A DNA stretch of 55,981 bases, filler included, from Dugesia japonica (lineage: Eukaryota): NCBI GenBank assembly GCA_001938525.1. It is 4 parts of 4 records of this genome, joined end to end, with 100 filler letters (N's around TTAATTAATTAA, not from the genome) between each part and the next. Parts side by side here need not be neighbours in the genome. Positions count along the whole stretch, not along the records: positions 23,580 to 44,734 come from MQRL01644968.1; positions 44,835 to 55,981 come from MQRL01596235.1; 2 more parts are not named here. One strand, 5' to 3'. The translations under genes were made by a program, and so were the position numbers. The notes beneath the pieces are model-generated. The model had not been told where the DNA came from and ran no database searches. It was given only the letters and a program-made list of their open reading frames with translations. Below, piece after piece: positions 37,698 through 50,636 of the stretch (positions are counted from its first letter, which is position 1; each line of letters begins with the position of its first letter).

Positions 37698-37734
37698 CAA
37701 TTCCTGAAGAAGACAAAATCGAAATATCGAATTG
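37698..37734 (+). ncRNA. Minimal type I hammerhead ribozyme, copy 2
   Basis: caattc-CTGAAGA-agacaaaatc-GAAA-TATC-gaattg: perfect 6 bp stem I, one mismatch in stem II. Confidence 0.7.
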
Positions 37735-39499
37735 TTATCAAAAACCAAGAAAAAAACAAAAATTTTCATAGAAGCTTTTATTTTAAATGAAACTATGACC
37801 CTATCAAACTCTTACGGATATCAAAGTGTAACAATACAACGGTGAGTCATAATTGATGAAGAGAGTCAGGAAGACAACAATTATTTTTTTATTACTTTCA
37901 ACCTTAACAATTTTAATTCTAAATTAAATGAACAATATGAATCAAAAAGATTATGAAACACTGGCCTAAACCAATACTTGCAAATTTTCAGAACGATGCC
38001 TTGATGTCGACTGATTTTATTTTAGTAACCATAAAATATTTGTATGAATTAATCTTTAGCAATAAAATAAAATTGTTAGTTGATGTGATGGTCTATTGTC
38101 CACCCAATCATGTCTTACCTATGTTATTTTAATTACAATTCTAAGTAATTATAGTTTTTTATAATAAGCTATAATATATTAACAAAAAGAAAAATTTATA
38201 AAATTTCACGTTAAATTCTGGAATACCACAATAAATTATCATTATATATGGACGTCATAAGTAATGTTAAACTTTTATTCTTAACATAATTAAGTAATAA
38301 ATATTTTTCCGACAAGCTTTGTGAATACTTACAATATAATAAACAAATTGAATACTGAATGAAATTTAAAATTAGTTCACACTGTACTTTGTGGTCATAA
38401 ACAATGGGAAATTTTTCTTTTTAATTAAAAATACACTGAAACATTAAATTAACTTATTCTGAAATTATATAAAATGATGAAAACAATCGTTCTTACATTA
38501 CTAAATTCGTAAAATAAAAATTTAGTTTTTGAATTTTGAATTTTAATAAAATTATATTTATAATTAAAAGTAAAAATAATGAAAATAAAATTTAATATTA
38601 GCATTGATTGAGTTCAAATTAAAAGCACAATAAATTACTTTCACATAATTTAAATAACTTAAAAGTTTTATTTTACTTTTCAATTATAAAAAATAATAGT
38701 TTATTAAAAACTAATTGACAACGTGATCTATACTAAAAATTATAAATATTAATATTTAGCATTTTATTTAGTTGTTTAATTGCATCAAAAACGGAAATTC
38801 ACATCAGTAAATTACTGAAATCTTTTTTGAGAAATATTGATTGAAAATTTAATTGAAATTTTTTAATTAGTTGAAAAGTTAAAAATCAGACCAGTTATGA
38901 CGGAAAACTTAAGTTTAAAAGAAATATCTGATAATTATTGGAAATTAGCAGAATCAATTTTGGGGTATTATTTGCATTTTTTATTGTCAAAACAATTTCA
39001 ATGAATTATTTAGAATAAAGAAAATATTTTTATAATTTTTAAACTTTTTAAAACTTAATTTAATAAAACATTTAATTTAAATAATATAATTATAAAATTT
39101 ATAATTTTCTCACCATGATGATAGAATTTAATTAGATCTATCTCCCGATTTATACGGTACTTTATTAACACGATTTCACTTTTACACGGTTTTTAAAATG
39201 AGATTTAAAAAAACATGAAAATTTAGATAACAGTCTGTTTAGAATGATCTTACTTTATAAATTATACTCTTAATGCAAAAGCGTTTTTAATTTTTACTTC
39301 AAGTTATAGGTTTTAACTTTTAAAGTAATTACAAAAAGGGTGGTTACAGTGAGATTGCATCCACTATTTATACTAGTGGCTATCTAATGTTCATGCGTAT
39401 GAAACCGAATCAAAAACCACGGTTTTTAGTTTTCCAAAACCGAAAACTGAGGTTTTGAAAAAGTGCGGATTTCTAGAAACCCTAATAAAAACATAAACT

Positions 39500-40050
39500 T
39501 GTTGACAAGAGATCTTCGTCTACTGATTTCAAGATTGAATGTCTTTCTATTACAATATCATTAATTTTTTAATTGTAGTAAACTCAGAATTTTTCTTAAA
39601 TACTTTTAAAAACTTAGAGAGATATAGAGAATAGAGAGATTTACAAATAGATTCTTGTAATGATCTGAGTGCATTATTTACCATGGTAATATCATGGATG
39701 GCATTAATAAAATGTTCTCTTTTTTTCAATATGTTTTAGTTTTTGANNNNNNNNNAAAATTTGCGTTAATACAGGCAACATCATCCACTTTACTAATGTC
39801 CTTTAACCATTTTTGTGCCATTCTTGGGCAGACAAATTCTTTAATGTTCAATCTTTCCATAATATTAAGTGTTTCTAAATTTTCACAATAATAAATTACC
39901 ACATTCAAACTTTTTTCTCATAGTGTAATTATCGGTTGTGAAGGCAGGAATAAATTTGGTGCAGGAACTCTGATACATTCCAATCAAGAAGGTGCCTTTA
40001 ATACATCTTTTTGACACTAGTATTCAATAATAGAATTATTTATTAATTCA
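39500..40050 (-). mobile_element. Possible decayed hAT transposase fragment beside a hAT-like terminus (ending ~39484)
   Basis: aaaaccg-rich subterminal repeats ending in ctagaaacccta; minus-strand broken ORFs. Confidence 0.35.
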
Positions 40051-40608
40051 AAGATTCTCCAAATTAAAGAAATTTAAAAATTATGTTTTAATTGTAAAAA
40101 TAAGTAGTAAACATCGAACAATATGCAGACAATGACCTAAACAACGAGGCAACGATCTAAAACGACGAAAAATGATAACATTTGAAAAATGCAAATGACG
40201 TATTTCTCTTGCAAATGTGTTAAAACATGGTTTTAAAACAGACATTTGTATGATTTCTCTAAAGAAAAATAAAATGTCATTAAATTCTGCGCTGTAGTTA
40301 TTACTCTTGATAATTTCATTAAAATATGTATGTAAGATTTATCTTAACTATTAGCCATTCAACAATATTATTAAGGAATATTTTATATTAACGAAAATAA
40401 TATTCATTTTTCGGAANNNNNNNNNNNNNNNNNNNNNNNNNNNNNNNNNNNNNNNNNNNNNNNNNNNNNNNNNNNNNNNNNNNNNNNNNNNCACGACTCA
40501 CTTTTGATTGATTTATTTTGATTTTTCGAGATTGACTTTATATTAATGCTGAAAGCTGATTAAATCTACTGAATTGCTTCCAGAATAATTCCTATATATA
40601 CTTGGTAT

Positions 40609-43600
40609 TAGGGTTTTTCAAAAACAGCTGTTACTGTTTTTAATTTTAGAAAAAACAGCTGTTTTTACTGTTTTTTATTTTTCTCAAATTTCTTAAAGTA
40701 AAAGATAACATGTTATTGCTAACTATCATTTATTTTTATCATGTATTAAAACACACCATTTAACTATTACATTTTTACTTTTTATAATAGTGTAGTAGTT
40801 GAGAAATAAAAATAAAATAAAAATAAGAATTTAAAACTACAAAGCCTCAAATAAAACACATNNNNNNNNNNNNNNNNNNNNNNNNNNNNNNNNNNNNNNN
40901 NNNNNNNNNNNNNNNNNNNNNNNNNNNNNNNNNNNNNNNNNNNNNNNNNNNNNNNNNNNNNNNNAATTAAAAATTGATTCATGATAATAAGAGTGTATCT
41001 AAAAGTGAAAACATAAATTGATAATTGATATAAATTCAAAAACCTCAAATCATCATTAATAATGTGAAATTATTTTTTTGTAGATGAGAAAGCGGGCAAA
41101 ATACATTATGAAAACTTTGAATAATTAAATTTAGATAAAATAATTAATNTGAACATAAAATATTTTATACATAAGATATATAGAGATTACTAACAATTTT
41201 GAGAGAAAATTGAGTTATTTTAAATTTCAATGGGCTTCGATCCCAAACCCTCTGTTGATAGCGAAAATGTAAAATTGGTGTGCGACCAATGAAATTTCGA
41301 TTTGACCAAATCATTTGATTGGATAATTGTCTTATGAAATTTTAGTTGATAAATATTTTATTGGATGNNNNNNNNNNNNNNAATTTTGAGTATGTTAAAA
41401 TATTATTGGTTGATGCGATAAATTTTTGAAAATTGTGTAAAGTCCATATTATGTGTGCTCAGAAAGCACTGTATAAATGAATGCATTTTTGTAAAAACTC
41501 AGATTATTTTACAAGAATTTTGTTGAGAGTTTTGATTAGAGTTTTGTTGAAAATTTGTGATCAGAGTTTTGACTAGAATTTTTGATTAGAGTTGACGCGA
41601 TTTGATTTGAATTATTGAAGATAGATATTTTCAATTTGTTAAATTAATAAAAGTTTATTTGAAGATTTTATTCGATTTACGGTAATTATTATTTATTTGG
41701 AAGAATTAAATTGACAGAGACGCAACCTATTGATCAGAGTCAGATATTAAATTGAAAGTAGAGCTCAAGTGTCGTATATACCCCGACAATAGTATTTTAA
41801 AGACACAAGAGCTTGAAGTTATCTCTCAGAAAGGCCCGATATTATTTAAGTGCAAAAGTTATTGCATACCAAAAAAACGGGTTCCACATCTGTAGACGTT
41901 AGTTTAATACAATCCGTTTTTATCAGTGGCTCAATCATCTTTGGAATTGAATACCATCGCGTTTTAATATCGAGATGCAGTTCTATCCCGTGGCCTATTT
42001 GCTCATTTACTTTGCCTAGAAATACATTATTGCAAACCGTAGATGTTTTGATAAAGCGAACAAGTTTGATTGACTTCTCTATAGATCGTGATAATAGATT
42101 TCTTGATCTATTGTATCTTTACTTAAAATTTCTAAATTCATTCTATCATCAAATGTGTCAATTTCATCAATATCATCAATTTCATTACGATTCATAATGT
42201 GATCATCATCATCCTCATCCTCTTGAATTTTGCTTTTACATAATTTATCAAATACTCCTAAATACAAAGCATGATTTAATCAAAATTTTCCGATTACATC
42301 AAAATGTCAGTAGGTTGAAGGATTCACACGAGTACAGTTGAAATTTTTCTTTTTGACTTCTATTTAATTTCACAACATATTTAGCGACTTCTATGAAATT
42401 GCATAAACTTTTTAATGACTTCTATACAATTTTTCAATTATTTCCCCATTGTTTTACTTAGGATTTTAAAACTTTATCGACTTCTATGTAATTTCAATAA
42501 ATATTTAATGACTTCTATGCAATTTTATAAAATATTTAGTGATGTCTATACAATTTCTATAAATTTTATAATACTTCTATGTAAAAAATATTTTCAACTT
42601 TTCTCGTGTGAATGCTTCCATTTACTTATGTCGAATATATTTTTTATTGACCACAGCACCATACTGTGTTGATCCAACAATATCTTTAGCTAAATTAATG
42701 CCAAACCCAACTAAATGATTTTCCATTGCCTCAACCAAATCAAGAGCAGAGCATGGACCAAGGATACGCACAAGACCAGTTTTTATTGTTGCGCTACTAT
42801 GGTTATTAACACAAAAAAATCGTCTTCCTCTTACAGTTGTGTAATCGTCAACACATGCTAAATTTTACTCCATTTTCAAGCTTTTCTTTTATATTTATAA
42901 TTATTTTATTTCTCTTTTCTTCATAATCTTCGTTCACTAGTTTCATTACATCACGTTAAGAAGCAGGTAACCTATATCCATCACGAGAAATCAATCGTCT
43001 TATATAATTATTTCTTGTGATTGCTCTTATGGAAATACCATTTGTAGCTATATCTGTTATAATTTCCTTATGATTATATTTGTAGAGAAATCCGTCATAA
43101 TTGTTTTTTCTTTTCGCTTATCGAATATGGATACCATGTTTCTCTTAAGATGAATTTTCAAAGTTGTCGTTAAATTTCCTGAACATTTGATAATTTTATT
43201 GTATCGTTGACATAAAGCTTCTAGCTCNNNNNNNNNNNNNNNNNNNNNNNNNNNNNNNNNNNNNNNNNNNNNNNNNNNNNNNNNNNNNNNNNNNNNNNNN
43301 NNNNNNNNNNNNNNNNNNNNNNATATTTTCACTTACTTTTGTAATTATTTAAACAGTATTTTTATTAAATATTTTCCTCGATAAGATAAACAAAATCACT
43401 AATACAATGAAAAACTTTTCGATTTTCCTTTAAATTCAGATGTAAATGTATTTTTAAATCAGAAGATTTAAAAAAAATATTTGTAATTTTAATTTCCATT
43501 AACTTAAATTTATATTTCATCATTACAAAAATTCATTTCTAACCATCATTACATAAAGTTATTTAAATAGTGAATTATTTGTATTGAGAAAATCTTTTAA

Positions 43601-43716
43601 TTTTTGACTACTAAAAACAGTAAAAACAGTTGAAAAAACAGCTNNNNNNNNNNNNNNNNNNNNNNNNNNNNNNNNNNNNNNNNNNNNNNNNNGCTTAACA
43701 GTTTTGAAAAACCGTA
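40609..43716 (-). mobile_element. hAT transposon with both ends and a decayed BED-finger transposase
   Basis: Perfect 8 bp TSD CTTGGTAT (40601-40608 and 43717-43724). TIRs tagggtttttcaaaa / ttttgaaaaaccgta and aaaacag subterminal repeats. Protein remnants ALCQRYNKIIKCSGNLTTTLKIHLK (BED), CVDDYT, TSTDVEPVF (hATC). Confidence 0.92.
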
Positions 43717-46204
43717 CTTGGTATTTACGATAATCACATATTATTTATTCTCGAATATATCGCGATGTTATCTAAAATTACAGTATTTTCACGATATACA
43801 GCAAATATATTTTTGGTTCGTGCTTCATTCTTTCTTTTTTGAAAATAAATAGCATCAAAAACCAAAAATATTGGTTGTTTTGCTTCATATTTTCAATTTC
43901 GTTAAATAAAAACTACTGATTATTATTCAAAAAATAGCAATAAAAAATAAGCTGGAAACATAATCTCATAATAACTTTACAGTGAGATATTTTATAAAGA
44001 TTATATACTATTTTACGTTAAAAAAATTTGACTGAGAAACACAAAATTACTTTTTAATTAGCTGAATAAAATAAAACAAAGCAACAAATAGTTACAATTT
44101 TTATTTCAAAACCGCTTCAAATCTTATATATGTTGGGGTTTAAGAGGTTAACTGATATTTGCTTTAATTCTTATGGGTATTCTCAAATCCCTTTCAAAAC
44201 TTTATTTTCGAAAAAAACCTAGTAATTCTCATTTGCAATAGAAGAAATAAACACTGCCCTATAATTTATTTCCATATTCTTAAGCAACAAAATCTCGATG
44301 TCATTTCGTCAGTAATTATTTTAATTAACATTTACCAAGACATCATTAGAATTAACTGCAGTTAGTGAAGTCTTCTGACTTTATTCCCTGCTTCCATGAC
44401 CTTCTCATTAGTAAATTGCTATTGTAGAGTTCTTTATAATAGGCCACTAATAAAGTCCTATTTTTGGACTAGAACACCAAAATTTATGTTTTATAAAAGC
44501 GGCAGTGGGATACTTACGGATAAAACAGGAGGTAAAAGATCAAACTTTCAGAAATGAACTTTCAACGAAATTTAAAGGAAAAAATTATACAGTTATTATG
44601 GGCGAGAAAAGAAGGGAACTGAATAAATGAAATTTTCTCACAAGTATACGATTATAAAGCTGTTGGGGTGAAACACTGGACTAAGAAAAAAAATTGTGTA
44701 AGTAGACACGGAATTCGAAAGATCTACATAAGAANNNNNNNNNNNNNNNNNNNNNNNNNNNNNNNNNNNNNNNNNNNNTTAATTAATTAANNNNNNNNNN
44801 NNNNNNNNNNNNNNNNNNNNNNNNNNNNNNNNNNATATATATATATATATATATGCATATATTGAAATTATTGGATACTTTTCAAAAACATTTCTTTTAC
44901 TGTGAAACTGTTGGGAGCATCTTACATGTACAGACAAGAAAACACTTTGTTTATTTTTTTATCTCTTACACTAGACTTTAAAACTGTAATTTCAAAATTA
45001 GAAAAATTGTTCATTGCTATTCTTCAGAGTTAAAAATATGATTATTTGGAAATAAACATATTTTTTAAAATTGTGAATAATCAATAAAAACCCTTTACAC
45101 AATTTATTGATTAATTATTGAATTTTCGATTTTTAAAAAAAAACTAATTTTTCGAAATTGGCGATTCGTGTTTCTATGTAACATTTTGAATTTTTGGTTT
45201 TATAGTGAAGATTTTCATTTTTATTGTAAAAATAATAATAATAATAATATTGATTCGAAATTTTAGAAGGACAAAACTTGGTTTTAAGAACTGTTCTAAT
45301 ATTTTTAATTTTTAACTTCATATATCCTCTCTGTGTGAGACTTATTTACGTGTTTGTTGTTTGTGCTGTGTTGTTGAAAGTAAAGATGGTGCAATAGATT
45401 CAGTTTTTTGACAATGTGTTGTGCTGATACTTATTGATTTTGTTGTTTTTATTGTTTTTAATTTGACCTGCTTGGTTTTAATTTTTTTGTTGTAGGCAGC
45501 TTTATTGCGTAAAATATTTATGTATTTGAAATCGATAGATGATCAGTTTTAACGGACTGATTTTATTTTATTTATTGTAAATAGGCCGCACTGCTTCTTT
45601 GATTGTATTTTTATACAACTACAGCATTGGTGTGCATATTAAAATTATTAATATTGTTATTAGTATAATGATAAACAGAAGATATATTAAGCAATATAAA
45701 TTGTATAAACATTGTTAGAACACTTTCGACTTTTCTTGTAAATAAAATATTTGAATACATTTACTTTGTATGATTTGAAATATATGTTCAATAACTTTAT
45801 TTAGTTTTGAAGAAATAAATTTATAAATCTTTATTATTATTGGTTATTATTAATAATTTAATGAATTGAAAAAATACAAATTCTATTGTAAAATTGTTTA
45901 TTTAAAAACAATTGAATATATTAGTAAGCATTAATGCTGATTAGTAATTTAGTAGCATATTACGTTTTACTAGCACAACGACGTGAAATTTGTGTATTTT
46001 AGAATAGTAAAAAAATTTCATTTTAAGTTGCATAAAAATATTTAGTTTCCATTGACGTTTAAATTAATCATGACCGTTCGATCTACTAAATCTTATCCTC
46101 TAAAAAAATATTATTTTAATTTTTTATGATAATCGCAAAAGGAGTTGCATATCTTAGTTGATAAGTTTTTCCTGATTAATTGATCCTGGTTTGATTTATC
46201 GTAT

Positions 46205-46765
46205 TTTGACTAAGTTTGATAAAGTCTAGGCAACTTTTAAAAGTTAATGAAATATAAAAAAAGACATGAAGCCTTATTTAATCACTGTGGGAAAATGTCA
46301 ATGATTTTTAAATAAAATCTTTTCTGGTCGCTGGATAGGAAGAGATATACCTATTTTGTGGCCTCTTTCCCCCGNNNNNNNNNNNNNNNNNNNNNNNNNN
46401 NNNNNNNNNNNNNNNNNNNNNNNNAGTTTGATAAAGTCTAGGCAACTTTTAAAAGTTAATGAAATATAAAAAAGACATGAAGCCTTATTTAATCACTGTA
46501 GGAAAATGTCAATGATTTTTAAATAAAATCTTTACTGGTCGCTGGATAGGAAGAGATATACCTATTTTGTGGCCTCTTTCCCCCGATATTACACCAATGG
46601 ATTTTTACCTATGGGGTTGCGTAGTAAATGCATTGTATTGGAATAAGATTAAAGACAAAAATGATCTGAAACTAAGGATTACTACATCTATTGACGCAAT
46701 TGATGAAGTCACGTTTCAAGAGTTTCCTGTTTAAATTGTCTAAAGACTTTGTGAACACCTTATAT
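46205..46765 (+). mobile_element. 3' fragment of a maT/DD37D-like transposon
   Basis: Reads FSGRWIGRD...WP..SPDITPMDFYLWG and ends in actttgtgaacaccttata. Confidence 0.7.
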
Positions 46766-47219
46766 TTTTTTAATATTTTATTTTGTAATAACTATTTTAA
46801 TTGTAAAAGAAATCCGTTACTTCCAAGAGATTCTACATTAAAAAATTCCCCTGTGTGAATGTTATAAAATCTCTGCTTTCGTAATACAAAAATAGAATAT
46901 CTATCAAAATTTAGTAAAATAAAATTTTAAATAATAACAAAATCAACAGTAAATATAAATATAAAACCTTTTTATTAACATAAAATGTGAAATATGTGTA
47001 TGATACGTCTCATTTTCCATTTTAATTAGTTTATTTCCAATATAAGACGAAATTATTGTTCAAATGGATAAGTTCCTCCATTCAATTAACTAAGAACGTA
47101 AGAATGATTTTGGTAAGGGTTTTTTAAGTAATGTAAATAGTATTTTCTTTTTCCTTTTGGAACTTGCTAAAGAATTACCAAAAGCAATAGTTTGCGGTTT
47201 CATAGAAAGACCAAAATAC

Positions 47220-49020
47220 TGTACACAAGAGGAATGTTGGAAGAAGGCGAATCACTATACAAATATAAATTTTCGATATGTCTCAAATGAATAATTGTGA
47301 TTTAGAAAATAAATTATATTTAGAAAATTTACTTAACATGATGGCAGTGGCGGGATTCCGATTCAATCATAAATAGGTTATTACCAAATTTGTTCTGTAG
47401 AAATGATGATATTAAAAAATTCATAAAGTGCTATGAATTGTATTTTGATGCTAAAGACAGTACATAGAATAAATAACGATTAGTTTCTTGTTTGTTAGAT
47501 GTATATTTGTTTGAAGAACGTGCAAGGACGTTAAAATAGGTTAAAAGGTTAGAGGCTTGTTTACGCCTGGCATTTAAGAATGAGAAAAATGTTATCAAAG
47601 ATTTCAAAAATTTGATCAACTACATGCATATAAATAAACAGATTGATGTTTATTTTAAAAATGTAAAGGATTTAGTGAAAGGATTATTTCAAAATGAAGA
47701 TTTTTCAGAGGACAAAATGGTAGCAAAGATGATAGTATATTGTTCAGATAACAGAAAAGTTTAAAAGTGATTATGAGAAGAAATTGAAGAAACAATGACG
47801 TTAATAGACCGAATAAAGAAAAGATGAGATCAATNTAATGCAGTTAGAATAACCGCAAGAGTTCAAGTCGAAATTATTAGAAACCTGTAAATTATACAGT
47901 GAGTAGAATTACAGATTAAAAGAAGGTTAAAGGAAATATCGAATGATAGTTATGTCACAAGATCGATCATACTTAAGCAAATTGTCCGACGAAAAAATTA
48001 GTAGAGTGCTGGATTTATCATAAAAAAAGACATAAGTCGAGTTTGTCCAGATAAAAAACCAACAAAATATTTTTGGTTGTGGAAAAGTTGATCACATTAA
48101 AAGGTTATGTCAAAAGATGAGGTGTAAGAATGTATAGATTTTAGATTTAGAGCATAAGATTACTATACTAATTTAAAAATGAAAAGAATAATAGAGACAT
48201 TTAAGACTCCTGAAGGCCAGGAAACCGATATAATCAAATACATACGATGGTGATGAAGAAGACAATACAAACGATGACTATGAGGAAGTATATGAAAGGA
48301 ATTTCGGAAGACAAAAGATAGAGCTCTGTCAGTAGAGACGTTAATTAAAACCATCCATTGAAAATTGAATTGATTGACTATCCTCAAGTGATTGAAAAGT
48401 GGGATGCTATAGTGAAAGTTACATATAAATTATTCAGGTTCTTAAAGAGGGGAAATTTTGGGGATAATCAAAATATAGAATAGATTAGAACAATTGAAGC
48501 AGAACAGAAAATAAATATTTTCTAACGTAAATTGCAAGCCAGACTAAGTGTTACGTTATCAATTCAATGAAAGAAAGTTGAATGTCTTTTAGATACAGAA
48601 GCTCAAATAAGCTTCATGGATTTGTGTTATTTATATAGATTAATAGAACTATATTTGGATATAAGTGATGATAAATTGCGATGTGAAGACAATAATAAAC
48701 TTAAAATTGTTGGAAAAGTTAAAATAGGAGTGACAGTTGAAGAAGTTTGCAGTGAAGTTACTTTTTTGGTTTCTGAAAGAGTGACGTCCTATTTGATTGG
48801 AGAAATATGCAGAAAACATTTTGATACCAGCTTTTATGGAAAGTATAAAGAAAAACTAATGAAAAAATTGAAAATGAAATTTCTAATATCGAAGCAAAAT
48901 TTAGGAGACAAGTTAAAAAAGAAGGGCAATTGACAAGAGCCTTAAATACTTTGAAGATTAAAGACGATCAACAGTTATTGAGCATAATGCAAAAGAAAGA
49001 AGAATTTTTTAATGACAGAT
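47220..49020 (+). mobile_element. Gypsy LTR retrotransposon remnant (short LTR, PBS, gag with zinc knuckles, protease)
   Basis: TG...AACA at 47220-47338, then a PBS-like tggcagtggcgggatt. Degenerate CCHC knuckles at 47950-48110 (FGCGKVDHIKRLC). Protease motif VECLLDTEAQISFMD at 48577-48621. Confidence 0.8.
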
Positions 49021-49378
49021 AAATAGGATGTAGAACGCGTCCATCTGATTGTTGACAATCAATATTCATTTATTTATCAGATAATAATTTACTTTCAGTA
49101 TGAATATTTTTTTAAATAAATTTTTTCTAAACTATCATCATTTCTCATTGGTAAGCAAATAATCTCTATAACTGATACCTGAAATTTTTTATTATAATCT
49201 TGTTCTTAATAGATAATCAAATCGCTATTGAGTTATATGAATAAATTAATTCGAATTTATAAACTATTAATTATTAGTTTGCAATTATATTGTTATACTT
49301 TTGTTTTTTTTATATAAATAACAGTGGGGTTCTTATTCAGTTATTTTACGTTGTTCTACCTAACTTTGTGTTTTACTT

Positions 49379-50636
49379 ACTAGGTTGAGTCAACTGTTTC
49401 CGGACACTTTTTATTTTGTCTATTTTAATTTTAAAAAAGCAGCGTTATTTTAAAAAAATTGTATTATCTACTATTATATAATAAGCCAATTATTTTAGAT
49501 TTTATTTCAAAAAAATAATTATCATAGAAGCTCACAAAATGGCGGACGAAAAAATCATAAGTCGCGGTATCCTGCGTCATTATTGGAAACAGGGTCTAAG
49601 TGTAAGAGCAACAGCCATGAAAATATGTGAAATTGAAGGTCCTGGGATAGTCTCAGAAGCCACTCTAGGAGAATGGTTTCGTAGATTAAATGAAAGCGAT
49701 GCCAGTCTGGAAGACAAATCACGTTCTGGAAGGCAATTGGTCCTGATAAATAAAGCTTTATTGCAAGGTATTCTACGAAGGCCAGACACCAGCACTCGCA
49801 TCCTGGCTACTCAACTTGGGACGTCTTTATAAACCATTGTTGTACACCTTCACGAACTTGGTTTTGCAAATAAGAAACCCATATTTGTTTGCCATGAACT
49901 TTCTGATCAACAAAGGAGTAAAGAAATTTGCAAGAAATTGTTGGATAATCCTAAAAATGCAAGTTCTGGAGACGAATCATAACTTGCGATGAAAAGTGGA
50001 TATATCTCAGAAATTCTATTATCAAAGGCAATGGCTTCAGCCAGATCAGAAGGCATCATCGGTAGCTAAAAAAAGAAGGTTCGAACACAAGAAGATGTTA
50101 TCTATATGGTGGAATTTTGAGGGTCTTGTATTATGAGAGCTAATTCCAGAAGGCCAAGCTCTGTATGGAAACCTGTATGCCGAACAATTAGAACGACTTT
50201 ATGATGTTCTGGCCACTCGTTATCCAGCTTTAATCAATAGAAAACGGGTATTTCTGCAGCATGATAATGCTACAACCCATAACTCTAAAGTGGTAAAGTA
50301 TAAATTAGAAGAGCTTGATGGAATCGAACTATTACCTCATCCAGTTTATACCTTAGACTTAACTCCATCAGATTATCACTTATTTCGGTCAATGAGTCAT
50401 TTTCTGATTGGCAAGAAATTTAATTCAGTAGCAGATGTCAAAAGTGGAGTCCTTGAGCTTTTGCAGACCAAGCCCCCAGATTGGTATCAGAAAGGAAGCC
50501 AAAATTTGCTGATAGATGGTTGAAGACCTTATCTAGCGAAGGAATTTATTTTGATTAATAAAACTTTGATGTTTAATGACTTTTTTCTACATATTTTTAA
50601 TTTAAAGTGTCCGGGAACTTTTGACTCAATTTTGTA
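49379..50636 (+). mobile_element. Full-length mariner (DD34D) element; transposase pseudogene 49539-50558
   Basis: TIRs ttgagtcaactgtttccggacacttt / aaagtgtccgggaacttttgactcaa. Motifs RSGR, ITCDEKW, QHDNA, HPVYTLDLTPSDYHLF, with stops and frameshifts. Confidence 0.93.

Noticed and set aside
41228-41260. tRNA/SINE-like ggcttcgatccc B-box (also near 51900)
   Set aside because: No cloverleaf or A-box can be built; insufficient support.
42355-42585. CRISPR-like appearance of the spaced repeat
   Set aside because: Eukaryotic context, only a 9 bp core, spacers related to each other, and no cas genes.
46214-46585. Near-perfect 160 bp direct repeat across a gap
   Set aside because: It flanks a 50-N gap and is most likely an unmerged contig overlap.
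49014-49048. gaacgcgtc hammerhead-like motif
   Set aside because: No CTGANGA box and the GAAA box is incomplete; more likely the start of another LTR.
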